A stretch of 24,000 nt of DNA from Candidatus Terasakiella magnetica (GCF_900093605.1 NZ_FLYE01000023.1:122224-146223); one strand, 5' to 3'. Counted from the stretch's first letter, positions 7,039 through 15,048 are shown. The notes: a model not told the origin generated them from the letters alone. A program made the numbers and translations.

Positions 7039-7926
7039 ATGATTTCGTTACATTTTAAAGGTTTGTTTTTAGGGGCTTGTGGATTGCTGTTAAGCGCATG
7101 TGCGTATCAGCCAACACCACAAGAAGTCTCTAAATTGCGTGAAATGCCACAGCTTAGCTATATTCCAAATTCGGTCTATTATGTGGGCTCAACTGGCCCT
7201 GAGCGCGAAGCAGCTTACCGTATGGATGAAGATGCCTATAAGGTTGGGGTGACGCGTGTGCAAAAATGGTATGAGTATGAATTACCGCGCGAACAGGTGC
7301 GTTCACGCAAATTCTTTATCACCACCACGCCCATTACCAATTATCAATATGGTGCTTTTATTCGTGAAACTCACCGCGAAGCCCCCAATGTGGATGTGGT
7401 GGATTGGGAAAGCTACGGCTTAAATCAGTCTTTTGAAGTAACACGCAAATATGCATGGGGGCCACAAGGCTATGGGGCAGGACGCGATGATCATCCGGTT
7501 GTTCTGGTTGATCTTGATGATGCCAAGGCCTATGCCCGCTGGCTGAGCCAAAAAACGGGTAAATACTGGCGCTTACCAACAGAGCGCGAATGGGAACTTG
7601 CCGCACGCGGTCTTGATGGGCGCGCGTATCCTTGGGGCAATAGCTTTAATCCAGCAAAAGCCAACACAGCAGACCTTGGCCCGCATGATACATTGCCTGT
7701 TGGGTCTTTTCCCCGTGGGGCCAGCCCATTTGGGGTGCTTGATATGGCAGGTCAGGTCTATGAATGGACAACAACACCGGGCGAAAAGGGCCGTATCACG
7801 GTTAAAGGCGGGGCATGGGATGACCGTGGCTGTGGGGTCTGTCGCGCGGCAGCACGTCACCATCGACGCCCGGATATGAAACATATTCTTATTGGTTTTC
7901 GCCTTGTGCAGGAAATCGAAAATTAA
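7039..7926 (+). CDS. Lipoprotein with an FGE-sulfatase (SUMF1/formylglycine-generating enzyme-like) domain
   Basis: The signal peptide carries a lipobox (LLLSAC, MISLHFKGLFLGACGLLLSAC|AYQ). FGE-sulfatase-type motifs are present (HPVVLVDLDDAKAYARWLS, YWRLPTEREWELAARG, YPWGN, GVLDMAGQVYEWT, KGGAW...). AAGGTGG lies 5 nt upstream of the ATG at 7039. Confidence 0.8.
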   Translation: MISLHFKGLFLGACGLLLSACAYQPTPQEVSKLREMPQLSYIPNSVYYVGSTGPEREAAYRMDEDAYKVGVTRVQKWYEYELPREQVRSRKFFITTTPITNYQYGAFIRETHREAPNVDVVDWESYGLNQSFEVTRKYAWGPQGYGAGRDDHPVVLVDLDDAKAYARWLSQKTGKYWRLPTEREWELAARGLDGRAYPWGNSFNPAKANTADLGPHDTLPVGSFPRGASPFGVLDMAGQVYEWTTTPGEKGRITVKGGAWDDRGCGVCRAAARHHRRPDMKHILIGFRLVQEIEN

Positions 7927-7961
7927 TCAATTTTACGACTGAATAAAAGAAAGAGAAAGAC

Positions 7962-8834
7962 ATGGCCTTTTTGAAACTGGGCATTCCAAAGGGAAGTTTG
8001 GAAGACGCCACCATTGAATTGTTTGAACAAGCCGGTTGGAGCATCAAGAAACGCGCGCGTAACTATTTCCCCGTAATTGATGATGACGATATCGAATGTT
8101 CGCTTGTGCGTTCCCAAGAAATGTCGCGCTATATCGAAGATGATGTTCTTGATGTGGGCTTATGCGGCCTTGATTGGGTACAGGAAAATAATTCTGATGT
8201 GGAAGTGGTCTCTGACCTGATTTATTCCAAAGTGTCAGACAAGCCTGCACGCTGGGTGTTGGTTGTGGATAAAGACTCGCCCATTCAATCGGTGAAAGAC
8301 CTTGATGGCAAGCGCGTGGCAACAGAGCTGGTTGGTTTTACCAAACGCTACCTTGCTGAAAATGGTGTGAAAGCCGATGTAGAGTTTTCATGGGGCGCGA
8401 CAGAAGCCAAGGTGATCCAAGGTTTGGCGGATGCAGTTGTGGAAATCACTGAAACAGGCACAACCATTAAAGCCAATGGCCTACGCATTGTTGAAGAATT
8501 GATGCAGACCCATACGGTCTTGATTGCCAATAAAGCAGCCTTAAAAGACCCACAGAAAAAGGCAAAGATTGAGCAGGTTGCCTTGATGTTGCAAGCCGCT
8601 TTATCTGCGCGCCATAAAGTCTTGTTGAAGATGAATGCGCCGGATAACAATCTGGATGAAATTATCAAGATGTTGCCAAGCTTACATGCCCCAACGGTTA
8701 ATGCGCTGTCGGACCAAAACTGGCATGCTGTTGAAACAGTTGTGAATAAAAAAGAAACACGTGATCTTATTCCACAATTGAAAGCTGCAGGGGCCGAAGG
8801 TATTTTGGAGTTACCTTTATTGAAAGTCTGCTAA
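7962..8834 (+). CDS. hisG: ATP phosphoribosyltransferase, long form (with C-terminal regulatory domain)
   Basis: The 290-aa protein has LGIPKGSL...DVGLCGLDWV...GKRVATELVGFTKRYL...GLADAVVEITETGTTIKANGLRIVE, then a C-terminal domain (HKVLLKMNAPDNNLDEIIKMLPSLHAPTV...AGAEGILELPLLKV). This domain aligns with the E. coli HisG regulatory domain ([27 protein letters not shown]). Confidence 0.9.
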   Translation: MAFLKLGIPKGSLEDATIELFEQAGWSIKKRARNYFPVIDDDDIECSLVRSQEMSRYIEDDVLDVGLCGLDWVQENNSDVEVVSDLIYSKVSDKPARWVLVVDKDSPIQSVKDLDGKRVATELVGFTKRYLAENGVKADVEFSWGATEAKVIQGLADAVVEITETGTTIKANGLRIVEELMQTHTVLIANKAALKDPQKKAKIEQVALMLQAALSARHKVLLKMNAPDNNLDEIIKMLPSLHAPTVNALSDQNWHAVETVVNKKETRDLIPQLKAAGAEGILELPLLKVC

Positions 8835-8939
8835 GCCTCTTAAAAATTAGGGTTTTATGAGGGGCATTTTATGTCTTCGAGACCTTGAACTCGGCTATTT
8901 CGTTCTTAAGTCCATTGAGTAAGTTCTAAAGGAGATGAC

Positions 8940-10019
8940 ATGAAACAGGCACCAATTCCTGAAAACGAGAAAGAGCGATTAGCCTCTTTGAAACGAATGG
9001 ATTTGTTATCAACCGCCAGGGAAGGGGACTTTGACCGGGTGACTCGCACGGCGCAAAAGTTTTTTCAAACCGAAATAGCACTGGTGTCTTTAATTGATGA
9101 GGGACGCCAGTGGTTTAAGGCCCGTTGTGGACTTGATGTGAGCGAAACACCACGCGATATCTCTTTTTGCGGTCATGCCATCATGGGGGAGAAAACCTTT
9201 GTTGTTGAAAATGCCTTTGAAGATGAACGTTTTGCCGATAATCCGTTGGTAACAGGCGGGCCTGAAATTCGCTTTTATGCAGGCCACCCTTTGACCAATC
9301 AGGAAGGCTATCGCATTGGTACGCTTTGTATCATCTCACCAAAACCCAGAACATTTAGTGAGGAAGATGGGCAGACTTTGCGCGATTTGGGCCGCATGAT
9401 TGAAATTGTTATGGAAAATCGTGCGTTAAATGAGCTGCAAACAAGCTTGCTCCATTCTTTAGAAAATACCGAACGCGATACCATGATTGATCCCTTAACA
9501 GGGGTATGGAATCGAGAGGGTTTTGATGACTTCTTTTCCAGAGAGACTTCACGCGCTTTGCGTGATGGGACCTCTTTTGGGGTGGCCTATGTGGACCTTG
9601 ATCATCTTAAAAAAGTTAATGAGGCCTATGGTGAAAAGGCTGGGGATGATGCCCTTAAATTAACCGCTTCCATTTTGGTGGATGCATCGCGCGCAACAGA
9701 TGTGGTTGCCAGAATGGGTAGTGAGTTATTTGCTTTAATTATTGATGATATTGATGAACTGACCCTGCCAAGCTTGGGTGAAAAATATTTAAGGAAATTT
9801 CGCCGCCGTGCAAAAGTTGAAACGGAACAAGGATGTTGTAATTTCACTGTGAGCATGGGCATGGTTTATGTAAATCCAGCCATTGATGTGGGGGATTTAC
9901 AAAGGGTCGTGTTAGACCAAGCCGATGAAGCCTTGCTTAGCGCCAAGAAAGCAGGACGTGATTGTTTTAAAATCAAGGATTTCCAAGAAGAAGTTCTTCG
10001 CTCCTTGGCGATCTCTTAG
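8940..10019 (+). CDS. GAF domain / degenerate GGDEF domain protein
   Basis: The N-terminus NEKERLASLKRMDLL...IALVSLIDEGRQWFKARCGLD...FCGHAI...DERFADNPLV is GAF-like. The C-terminus DPLTGVWNREGF...AYVDLDHLKKVNEAYGEKAGDDAL...RATDVVARMGSELFALI...ADEALLSAKKAGRD is a GGDEF fold in which GSELF replaces GG(D/E)EF. AAAGGAG precedes the ATG. Confidence 0.88.
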   Translation: MKQAPIPENEKERLASLKRMDLLSTAREGDFDRVTRTAQKFFQTEIALVSLIDEGRQWFKARCGLDVSETPRDISFCGHAIMGEKTFVVENAFEDERFADNPLVTGGPEIRFYAGHPLTNQEGYRIGTLCIISPKPRTFSEEDGQTLRDLGRMIEIVMENRALNELQTSLLHSLENTERDTMIDPLTGVWNREGFDDFFSRETSRALRDGTSFGVAYVDLDHLKKVNEAYGEKAGDDALKLTASILVDASRATDVVARMGSELFALIIDDIDELTLPSLGEKYLRKFRRRAKVETEQGCCNFTVSMGMVYVNPAIDVGDLQRVVLDQADEALLSAKKAGRDCFKIKDFQEEVLRSLAIS

Positions 10020-10033
10020 AAACTATCCCAAAG

Positions 10034-10063
10034 AAAAAGGCCCTCATGAAGAGAGCCTTTTTT
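10034..10063. terminator. Bidirectional rho-independent terminator (GGDEF gene / efp)
   Basis: AAAAAGGCCCTC-atgaa-GAGAGCCTTTTTT forms a stem with one mismatch. An A-run lies on the left and a T-run on the right, between the convergent stops at 10019 and 10094. Confidence 0.8.
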
Positions 10064-10093
10064 ATGCGTCATACTGATATAGAATAGTATGAA

Positions 10094-10663
10094 TTAGTCT
10101 TTGGCACGCTCAACGTAAGTACCGTCCATTGTGTTAACCACAATGCGTGTACCCGCTTCAATATGCGGGGGGACAAGAACTTTAACGCCATTGTCCAAAA
10201 TAGCCGGCTTATAGGAGGAAGACTGTGTTTGGCCTTTTACAACTGCATCGGCTTCAGCAATGGTGAAAGTCATTTTTTCTGGCAGCTTAACGCCGAGAAC
10301 TTCACCTTCGTAAGACTCGATCTCAACCGTGATGCCATCTGTCAGGTATGGTGCTTGTTCTTCAAGTAAGAAGCTATGGTTGGCTTCGATCTGCTCGTAG
10401 GTTTCATTATCCATGAAGGTCAGCAGTTCGCCATCGCTATATAGATATTGATATTCTTTTTGCTCAAGGCTCACGCGATCAACGGTTTCAGAAGCACGAA
10501 AACGCTCGTTAAGTTTTGTGCCGACACGAATGTCTTTGAGCTCAACCTGATTAAAGGCACCACCTTTACCCGGTTTTACCGCTTGGCATTTAACTGCGCG
10601 CCACAGGGCGTTTTTATGATTAATGACATTACCCGGGCGAATTTCGTTACCGTTGATTTTCAT
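10094..10663 (-). CDS. efp: Elongation factor P
   Basis: [14 protein letters not shown]...[31 protein letters not shown]...[21 protein letters not shown] matches EF-P (E. coli ...VKPGKGQAFARVKLRRL...YLYNDGEFWHFMNNETFEQ). The Met at 10663 is the homologous start; the ORF track extends to 10705. Confidence 0.93.
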   Translation of the reverse strand: MKINGNEIRPGNVINHKNALWRAVKCQAVKPGKGGAFNQVELKDIRVGTKLNERFRASETVDRVSLEQKEYQYLYSDGELLTFMDNETYEQIEANHSFLLEEQAPYLTDGITVEIESYEGEVLGVKLPEKMTFTIAEADAVVKGQTQSSSYKPAILDNGVKVLVPPHIEAGTRIVVNTMDGTYVERAKD

Positions 10664-10732
10664 TGTTCTCGATGTCCTGAAAATAAAGAATGAATTTGCG
10701 CGCAACCTAACAGGAAGTTGCCTTTAAAGCAA

Positions 10733-11353
10733 TTATGAGTTCAAAAGGGCTGTGAATTTTTTAACGGCCTCTTCAGGCCCGTCTGGGTGGTCCCACACAC
10801 CACCACATACAGCGATAAAATCGGCACCGGCCTCTAAAAGAGGGGTGGCGTTTTCATCTGTGATACCGCCAATGGCAACACAAGGCACTTCAAACATGGA
10901 GGTCCACCATTCTAAAATCCAGGGCTCTGCCTTGGATTTAGGCTCTTTTGTCTGTGTGGGGTAAAAGGCACCAAAGGCAACATAATCAGCACCTTGTTCA
11001 CCAGCAACCATAGCCATATGTTTTGAATCATGGCATGTCATCCCGACAATGGCATCCTTGCCCATAATCTCACGGGCTTTTTTATAAGGGGTATCTTCTT
11101 GGCCCACATGGACGCCATCACACGCGAGTTCTTTAGCCAGTGTTGGATTGTCGTTTAAGACAAAGGCGATATCGCGATCTTGCACAATAGGGCGCAGTAC
11201 CGCACAGGCCTTGCGGATTTCATCATCTGAGGCCTCTTTTAGGCGCAGCTGTACGCAAGATACATCTCCTGCATCCAGTGTGTTTGCCAAAGTCTTTGCA
11301 AATTCATCAAGGTCAAATTTAGGCGGGGTGATGAGGTAAAGCTGCTGTGTCAT
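10733..11353 (-). CDS. thiE: Thiamine-phosphate synthase
   Basis: LYLITPP...VSCVQLRLKEASDDE...IAFVLNDNPTLAKELACDGVHVGQED...IVGMTCH...GADYVAFGAFYPTQTK...VPCVAIGGIT is a ThiE/TMP-TENI family pattern. Confidence 0.88.
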   Translation of the reverse strand: MTQQLYLITPPKFDLDEFAKTLANTLDAGDVSCVQLRLKEASDDEIRKACAVLRPIVQDRDIAFVLNDNPTLAKELACDGVHVGQEDTPYKKAREIMGKDAIVGMTCHDSKHMAMVAGEQGADYVAFGAFYPTQTKEPKSKAEPWILEWWTSMFEVPCVAIGGITDENATPLLEAGADFIAVCGGVWDHPDGPEEAVKKFTALLNS

Positions 11354-11356
11354 AGG

Positions 11357-12367
11357 TTATAGGCCTGTGTTTGCCATGGCAATGGAGGTGTCCAACATGC
11401 GGTTTGCAAAACCCCATTCATTATCATACCAAGCTAAAACCCGCACAAAGGTGCCGCCAATGACACTGGTTTGGGTCAGATCAAATGAAGAGGAATTGGG
11501 GTTATGGTTAAAATCAATGGAAACAAGCGGCAGCTCATTGGCCCCAAGTACGCCTTTTAAGCGCCCGTTTGCAGCCTCAACAATAGCGCTATTGATTTCT
11601 TCCACACTAGTTGCGCGCCCCGCATCAAAGGTGAGATCAATGAGGGAGACATTGGGGGTGGGCACGCGGATTGCGCAGCCATCAATTTTGCCGGACAGTT
11701 CTGGTAAAACAAGCCCAAGTGCTTTGGTCGCACCCGATGTGGTCGGGATCATGGACATATTGGCTGCACGTGCGCGGTGTAAATCTTTATGAAGCTTATC
11801 AACCGTATGCTGATCACCCGTATAGGCATGAACCGTGGTCATGTAACCTTTTTCAATACCCACAAGCTTGTGCAATACATCAGCCACAGGGGCGAGGCAG
11901 TTTGTGGTGCAAGAGGCATTGGAGACGATTTTATGCTCATTTGTTAATTGATCATGGTTAATGCCATAAACAACTGAGAGGTCAGCATTTTTACCCGGTG
12001 CAGAGATCAAAACCTTTTTTGCCCCGGCATCAAGGTGGCCTTGGGCTTGGGACTTTTCTTTAAACAAGCCCGTGCATTCATAAACGATATCGATATTAAG
12101 CTCACCCCATGGCAGGTCTTTGGGGTTGCGCTCTGCCGTGCAGGTGATGGATTTCCCATTAACCGTGATGGTGTTATCTGTGGCAGACACATCTGCTTGA
12201 AGTACCCCATGGACAGAATCGTATTTAAGCAGATGGGCGTTGGTATCAACCGGGCCGAGATCATTGATGGCGATGAGCTCAATATCGTCACGCCCGCTTT
12301 CGATCAAAGAGCGCAGACAGAGACGGCCAATACGACCAAAACCGTTAATTGCGATGCGAAGTGCCAT
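11357..12367 (-). CDS. gap: Glyceraldehyde-3-phosphate dehydrogenase (type I)
   Basis: IAINGFGRIGRL..., the active-site motif SNASCTTNCLAP, and WYDNEWGF near the C-terminus are classical GAPDH signatures. Confidence 0.95.
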   Translation of the reverse strand: MALRIAINGFGRIGRLCLRSLIESGRDDIELIAINDLGPVDTNAHLLKYDSVHGVLQADVSATDNTITVNGKSITCTAERNPKDLPWGELNIDIVYECTGLFKEKSQAQGHLDAGAKKVLISAPGKNADLSVVYGINHDQLTNEHKIVSNASCTTNCLAPVADVLHKLVGIEKGYMTTVHAYTGDQHTVDKLHKDLHRARAANMSMIPTTSGATKALGLVLPELSGKIDGCAIRVPTPNVSLIDLTFDAGRATSVEEINSAIVEAANGRLKGVLGANELPLVSIDFNHNPNSSSFDLTQTSVIGGTFVRVLAWYDNEWGFANRMLDTSIAMANTGL

Positions 12368-12581
12368 GATCCCCTCCCTTAAGGAAACAGTTAGTATTAC
12401 TTAAGAATCCTATAGCATGGAGTTCATCTTGAAAACTAGGAAGAGTTAAGAAAATCACATGAGCAGGGGTAATTAAAAATACTTTTCACTCTGTTTCGCC
12501 GCTTGCCTCTTGCCCAATGGTGGATTTTTTGTCATTACCTTAGGCTTGGAATTTTCCACTAACTGCATATGGGGCGACTCT

Positions 12582-12956
12582 TTGTCCGGTTCTGCACAGG
12601 TTTCACCACGGATTTTGTCTGCATTTGAGCGACTCGACACTGCAATTAATCAATTGCAAAAGGCGTGCGATTCGCAAAAAGACAAAGTTGATGTGAGCGA
12701 AGTTGATAAACTGCATTCTCAAGTTGAAGGATTGCAGCAGGATAATCTTGCCTTGTCTGTAGCCCTAGAAGCCCATGCAGAAGCCGATTATGACACCCAG
12801 TTTGATCAGCTAAATGAAAAGCTTGGTGATCTTGAAGGCATGAATGCCTTGTTGGAAGAAAAGAATAGTTCCTTAAAAGAAATGAATAGTGATTTTTCAA
12901 CGCGTTTGGAAAAGCTCATCGGTAATGTCGAACAGGTTTTACAGGAGGAGGAATAA
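12582..12956 (+). CDS. DUF4164 coiled-coil protein, ZauP-like (ZapA-associated)
   Basis: The sequence is heptad-rich and acidic (ERLDTAINQLQKACDSQKDKVDVSEVDKLHSQVEGLQQDNLALS...LEEKNSSLKEMNSDFSTRLEKL). It lies immediately upstream of zapA with a TAATG stop/start overlap, the position ZauP occupies in Caulobacter. There is no in-frame ATG near the N-terminus. The TTG at 12582 (GGGG 7 nt upstream) is my best guess; TTG at 12510 or 12615 are alternatives. Confidence 0.6.
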   Translation: MSGSAQVSPRILSAFERLDTAINQLQKACDSQKDKVDVSEVDKLHSQVEGLQQDNLALSVALEAHAEADYDTQFDQLNEKLGDLEGMNALLEEKNSSLKEMNSDFSTRLEKLIGNVEQVLQEEE

Positions 12957-13348
12957 TGGCTTCTGTTTCTGTAACCATTAACGGGCGACGCTATGAAATC
13001 GCCTGTGAAGAAGGCCAAGAAGCACAACTGGCCCGCCTTGGGCGTTATGTGGATGATCGTGTGCGCCAATTGGCAGCCGCGGTTGGGCAACTGGGGGACA
13101 CGCGATTGATGGTGATGACCAGCTTGTTGCTTGCTGATGAACTCAGTGAAAAAAATGACGAGCTGGAATCATATAAGGTGGAGCATAATGCCGCCGTGCG
13201 TGACCATAAAGATGAAGTGGTTGCGGATAAGCTGGACCGTATGACTGCGCGTATCTTAGAAATTGCAAAAACACTTGAAGGTGATGATCCGCTGGTTTTT
13301 GAGGCTGGTGAGTCACAAAGCGTGGATGATACTTCAGAAGAAACGTGA
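12956..13348 (+). CDS. zapA: Cell division protein ZapA
   Basis: VSVTINGRRYEIACEEGQEAQLARLGRYVDDRVRQL...GDTRLMVMTSLLLADEL is the ZapA family pattern. The conserved zapA-ssrS-ygfA neighbourhood supports the call. Confidence 0.88.
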   Translation: MASVSVTINGRRYEIACEEGQEAQLARLGRYVDDRVRQLAAAVGQLGDTRLMVMTSLLLADELSEKNDELESYKVEHNAAVRDHKDEVVADKLDRMTARILEIAKTLEGDDPLVFEAGESQSVDDTSEET

Positions 13349-13373
13349 CATTTTCACAAAGACTGACTATATA
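13345..13373 (+). promoter_or_regulatory. Candidate sigma70 promoter for the 6S RNA gene (GTGACA, 17-nt spacer, TATATA)
   Basis: GTGACA at 13345-13350 overlaps the zapA stop, and TATATA lies at 13368-13373 after a 17-nt spacer. This predicts a transcription start near 13380, where the predicted closing helix begins. Confidence 0.4.
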
Positions 13374-13380
13374 GCGTTTT

Positions 13381-13541
13381 GTGAGGCTGCGAAGTGCGTA
13401 GGTGTTCATGAGTCCCCGGGGCCAATAACGATACCATAGGGAGCTGTCCCTGTTTACCTCGTGGGGTAATTACACGGCGCCCACCTGCTTTGGCAGGCCT
13501 ATGGTGGACCTAGTAAATATCACGGCTTATGTGGCTTCACT
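13381..13541 (+). ncRNA. ssrS: 6S RNA candidate
   Basis: A 220-nt non-coding gap lies between zapA and 5-formyl-THF cyclo-ligase, the canonical ssrS position. The 5' end 13381-13394 (GTGAGGCTGCGAAG) pairs with 13526-13540 (CTTATGTGGCTTCAC) as a closing stem of about 14 bp that includes G-U pairs and one bulge. Internal helices are 13434-13440/13498-13504 (CCATAGG/CCTATGG) and an apical hairpin at 13454-13469. The ends are approximate. Confidence 0.65.
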
Positions 13542-13568
13542 CTAATTTTTAAAACCCATGGGGGTTAT

Positions 13569-14138
13569 GTGCTGGATCTGGATGATCAAAAAGCGCAGTT
13601 GCGCACAAAAATGTTGTTTAAGCGGAAATCAATTTCCCTAAGCGGGCAGGATGTGCGCCTTAAAGAGACTTTTTTTTCCACCGACCTTTTTACCGATTAT
13701 AAAAAAGTTGCGGCTTATTGGCCCATGGCAGGGGAGCTTGATGTTCGCGCGCTTTTACATGCGCTTTCGGCTGAGGGCCGCACCTGTGCCCTGCCCATTG
13801 TGAAAAAAAAACATGCTCCCTTGGTGTTTTTGCACTGGCAAACCGGAGATGTGTTGATCAAAGGTGCCCATGGCACACAACAGCCCGAACCAAGCGTCGC
13901 TGAACTTATCCCTGACCTTGCCCTCGTTCCCTTATTGGGGTTTGATCAAAAAGGCGGGCGTCTTGGGTTTGGCGGGGGCTATTATGATCGCACGCTTGAG
14001 GCTTACCCCCAGATTAAAACCATCGGGGTTGCTTTTGATGAGCAGGAAGTCGACCACATCCCCATGGATGTGTTTGATCAAAAAATGGACTGGATCCTCA
14101 CCCCCACACGGGTTATTGAAATTCAAGAAGAAAGTTAA
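13569..14138 (+). CDS. ygfA: 5-formyltetrahydrofolate cyclo-ligase
   Basis: Features of the family are K..LR...L..R at the N-terminus, VAAYWPMAGELD, LPIV, the terminal motif GGRLGFGGGYYDRTL and P.D..D..MD.ILT. The gene has a GTG start with GGGGG upstream and sits downstream of ssrS, as in E. coli. Confidence 0.85.
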   Translation: MLDLDDQKAQLRTKMLFKRKSISLSGQDVRLKETFFSTDLFTDYKKVAAYWPMAGELDVRALLHALSAEGRTCALPIVKKKHAPLVFLHWQTGDVLIKGAHGTQQPEPSVAELIPDLALVPLLGFDQKGGRLGFGGGYYDRTLEAYPQIKTIGVAFDEQEVDHIPMDVFDQKMDWILTPTRVIEIQEES

Positions 14139-14149
14139 AGGACAGATAA

Positions 14150-14962
14150 ATGCGTTTTATGTATTGCGGTGATGTTATGGGCAAAAGTGGTCGCAAGGCC
14201 ATCTTAGACGGCGTGCCGCAATTGCGCGAGCGTTTGGGCTTGGATTTTGTCATCGTCAATGGGGAAAACTCAGCCCATGGTTTTGGCATTACGCGCAAGA
14301 TTTGTGATGCTTTTTACGATGTGGGTGTGGATGTGATCACCACTGGTAACCATGCGTGGGACCAACGCGAGGTCATGAATTTTATTGATGACGAACCCCG
14401 CCTGTTGCGCCCGCTGAATTACCCAGAAGGGACACCGGGGCGCGGCATCAATGTCTATGAGCTTGCTGATGGGCGAAAGTTCTTTGTGGCTCAAGTCATG
14501 GGGCGTTTGTTTATGGACCCGCTTGATGATCCGTTTTCCATGATCTCGGCTGTTTTGGATAAGCACGTATTGGGTAAGGATATCCATGCAGGCTTGGTCG
14601 ATATCCATGCAGAAGCCACCAGTGAGAAAATGGCCATGGGCCAGTATCTGGATGGGCGTGTTTCATTGGTGGCCGGCACCCATTCCCATATCCCCACAGC
14701 GGATGCGCAGATTTTACCCCAAGGCACAGCTTATCAGACAGATGTAGGCATGTGCGGGGATTATGACAGTGTAATCGGTATGGAAAAGACCGTGCCTATT
14801 GAGCGTTTTACAAAAAAGATCAGCGGTCGCCTCTCTCCCGCTGAGGGTCCGGCAACCCTATGCGCTGTTTTTGTAGAAACCGATGATAAGACGGGCTTGG
14901 CAACGCGTGTATCGCCTGTGCGCATCGGCGGGCGTTTGATTGAAATCGTGCCTGAAGGCTAA
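14150..14962 (+). CDS. YmdB-family metallophosphoesterase (TIGR00282-like)
   Basis: MRFMYCGDVMGKSGRKAI...DFVIVNGENSAHGFGIT...VDVITTGNHAWDQRE...DIHAEATSEKMAMG...VAGTHSHIPTADAQILPQGTAYQTDVGMCG is the characteristic motif series of Bacillus YmdB-type calcineurin-like phosphoesterases. Confidence 0.85.
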   Translation: MRFMYCGDVMGKSGRKAILDGVPQLRERLGLDFVIVNGENSAHGFGITRKICDAFYDVGVDVITTGNHAWDQREVMNFIDDEPRLLRPLNYPEGTPGRGINVYELADGRKFFVAQVMGRLFMDPLDDPFSMISAVLDKHVLGKDIHAGLVDIHAEATSEKMAMGQYLDGRVSLVAGTHSHIPTADAQILPQGTAYQTDVGMCGDYDSVIGMEKTVPIERFTKKISGRLSPAEGPATLCAVFVETDDKTGLATRVSPVRIGGRLIEIVPEG

Positions 14963-14984
14963 GCTCGCTTTTATAAATTAAGCA

Positions 14985-15026
14985 TAAAAAAAGAGGCCCG
15001 CTGGTTAAAAGCGGGCCTCTTTTTTC
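14985..15026. terminator. Bidirectional rho-independent terminator (ymdB-like / MCP)
   Basis: A perfect 10-bp GC-rich stem, AGAGGCCCGC (14992-15001) / GCGGGCCTCT (15011-15020), is flanked by an A-run on the left and T5 on the right. It lies between convergent genes. Confidence 0.9.
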
Positions 15027-15048
15027 GTTTATGTACAGCAAACTGAAC

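Noticed and set aside
7039-7926. The FGE-domain protein as an EgtB-like ergothioneine enzyme, suggested by its adjacency to hisG.
   Set aside because: It has a lipoprotein signal peptide, lacks the N-terminal DinB-like domain of EgtB, and has no egtD or egtC partner. The adjacency alone cannot support the idea.
11354-11356. A possible TPP (THI-box) riboswitch controlling thiE.
   Set aside because: Only 3 nt separate thiE from the upstream gap stop codon. There is no room for a riboswitch of about 100 nt.
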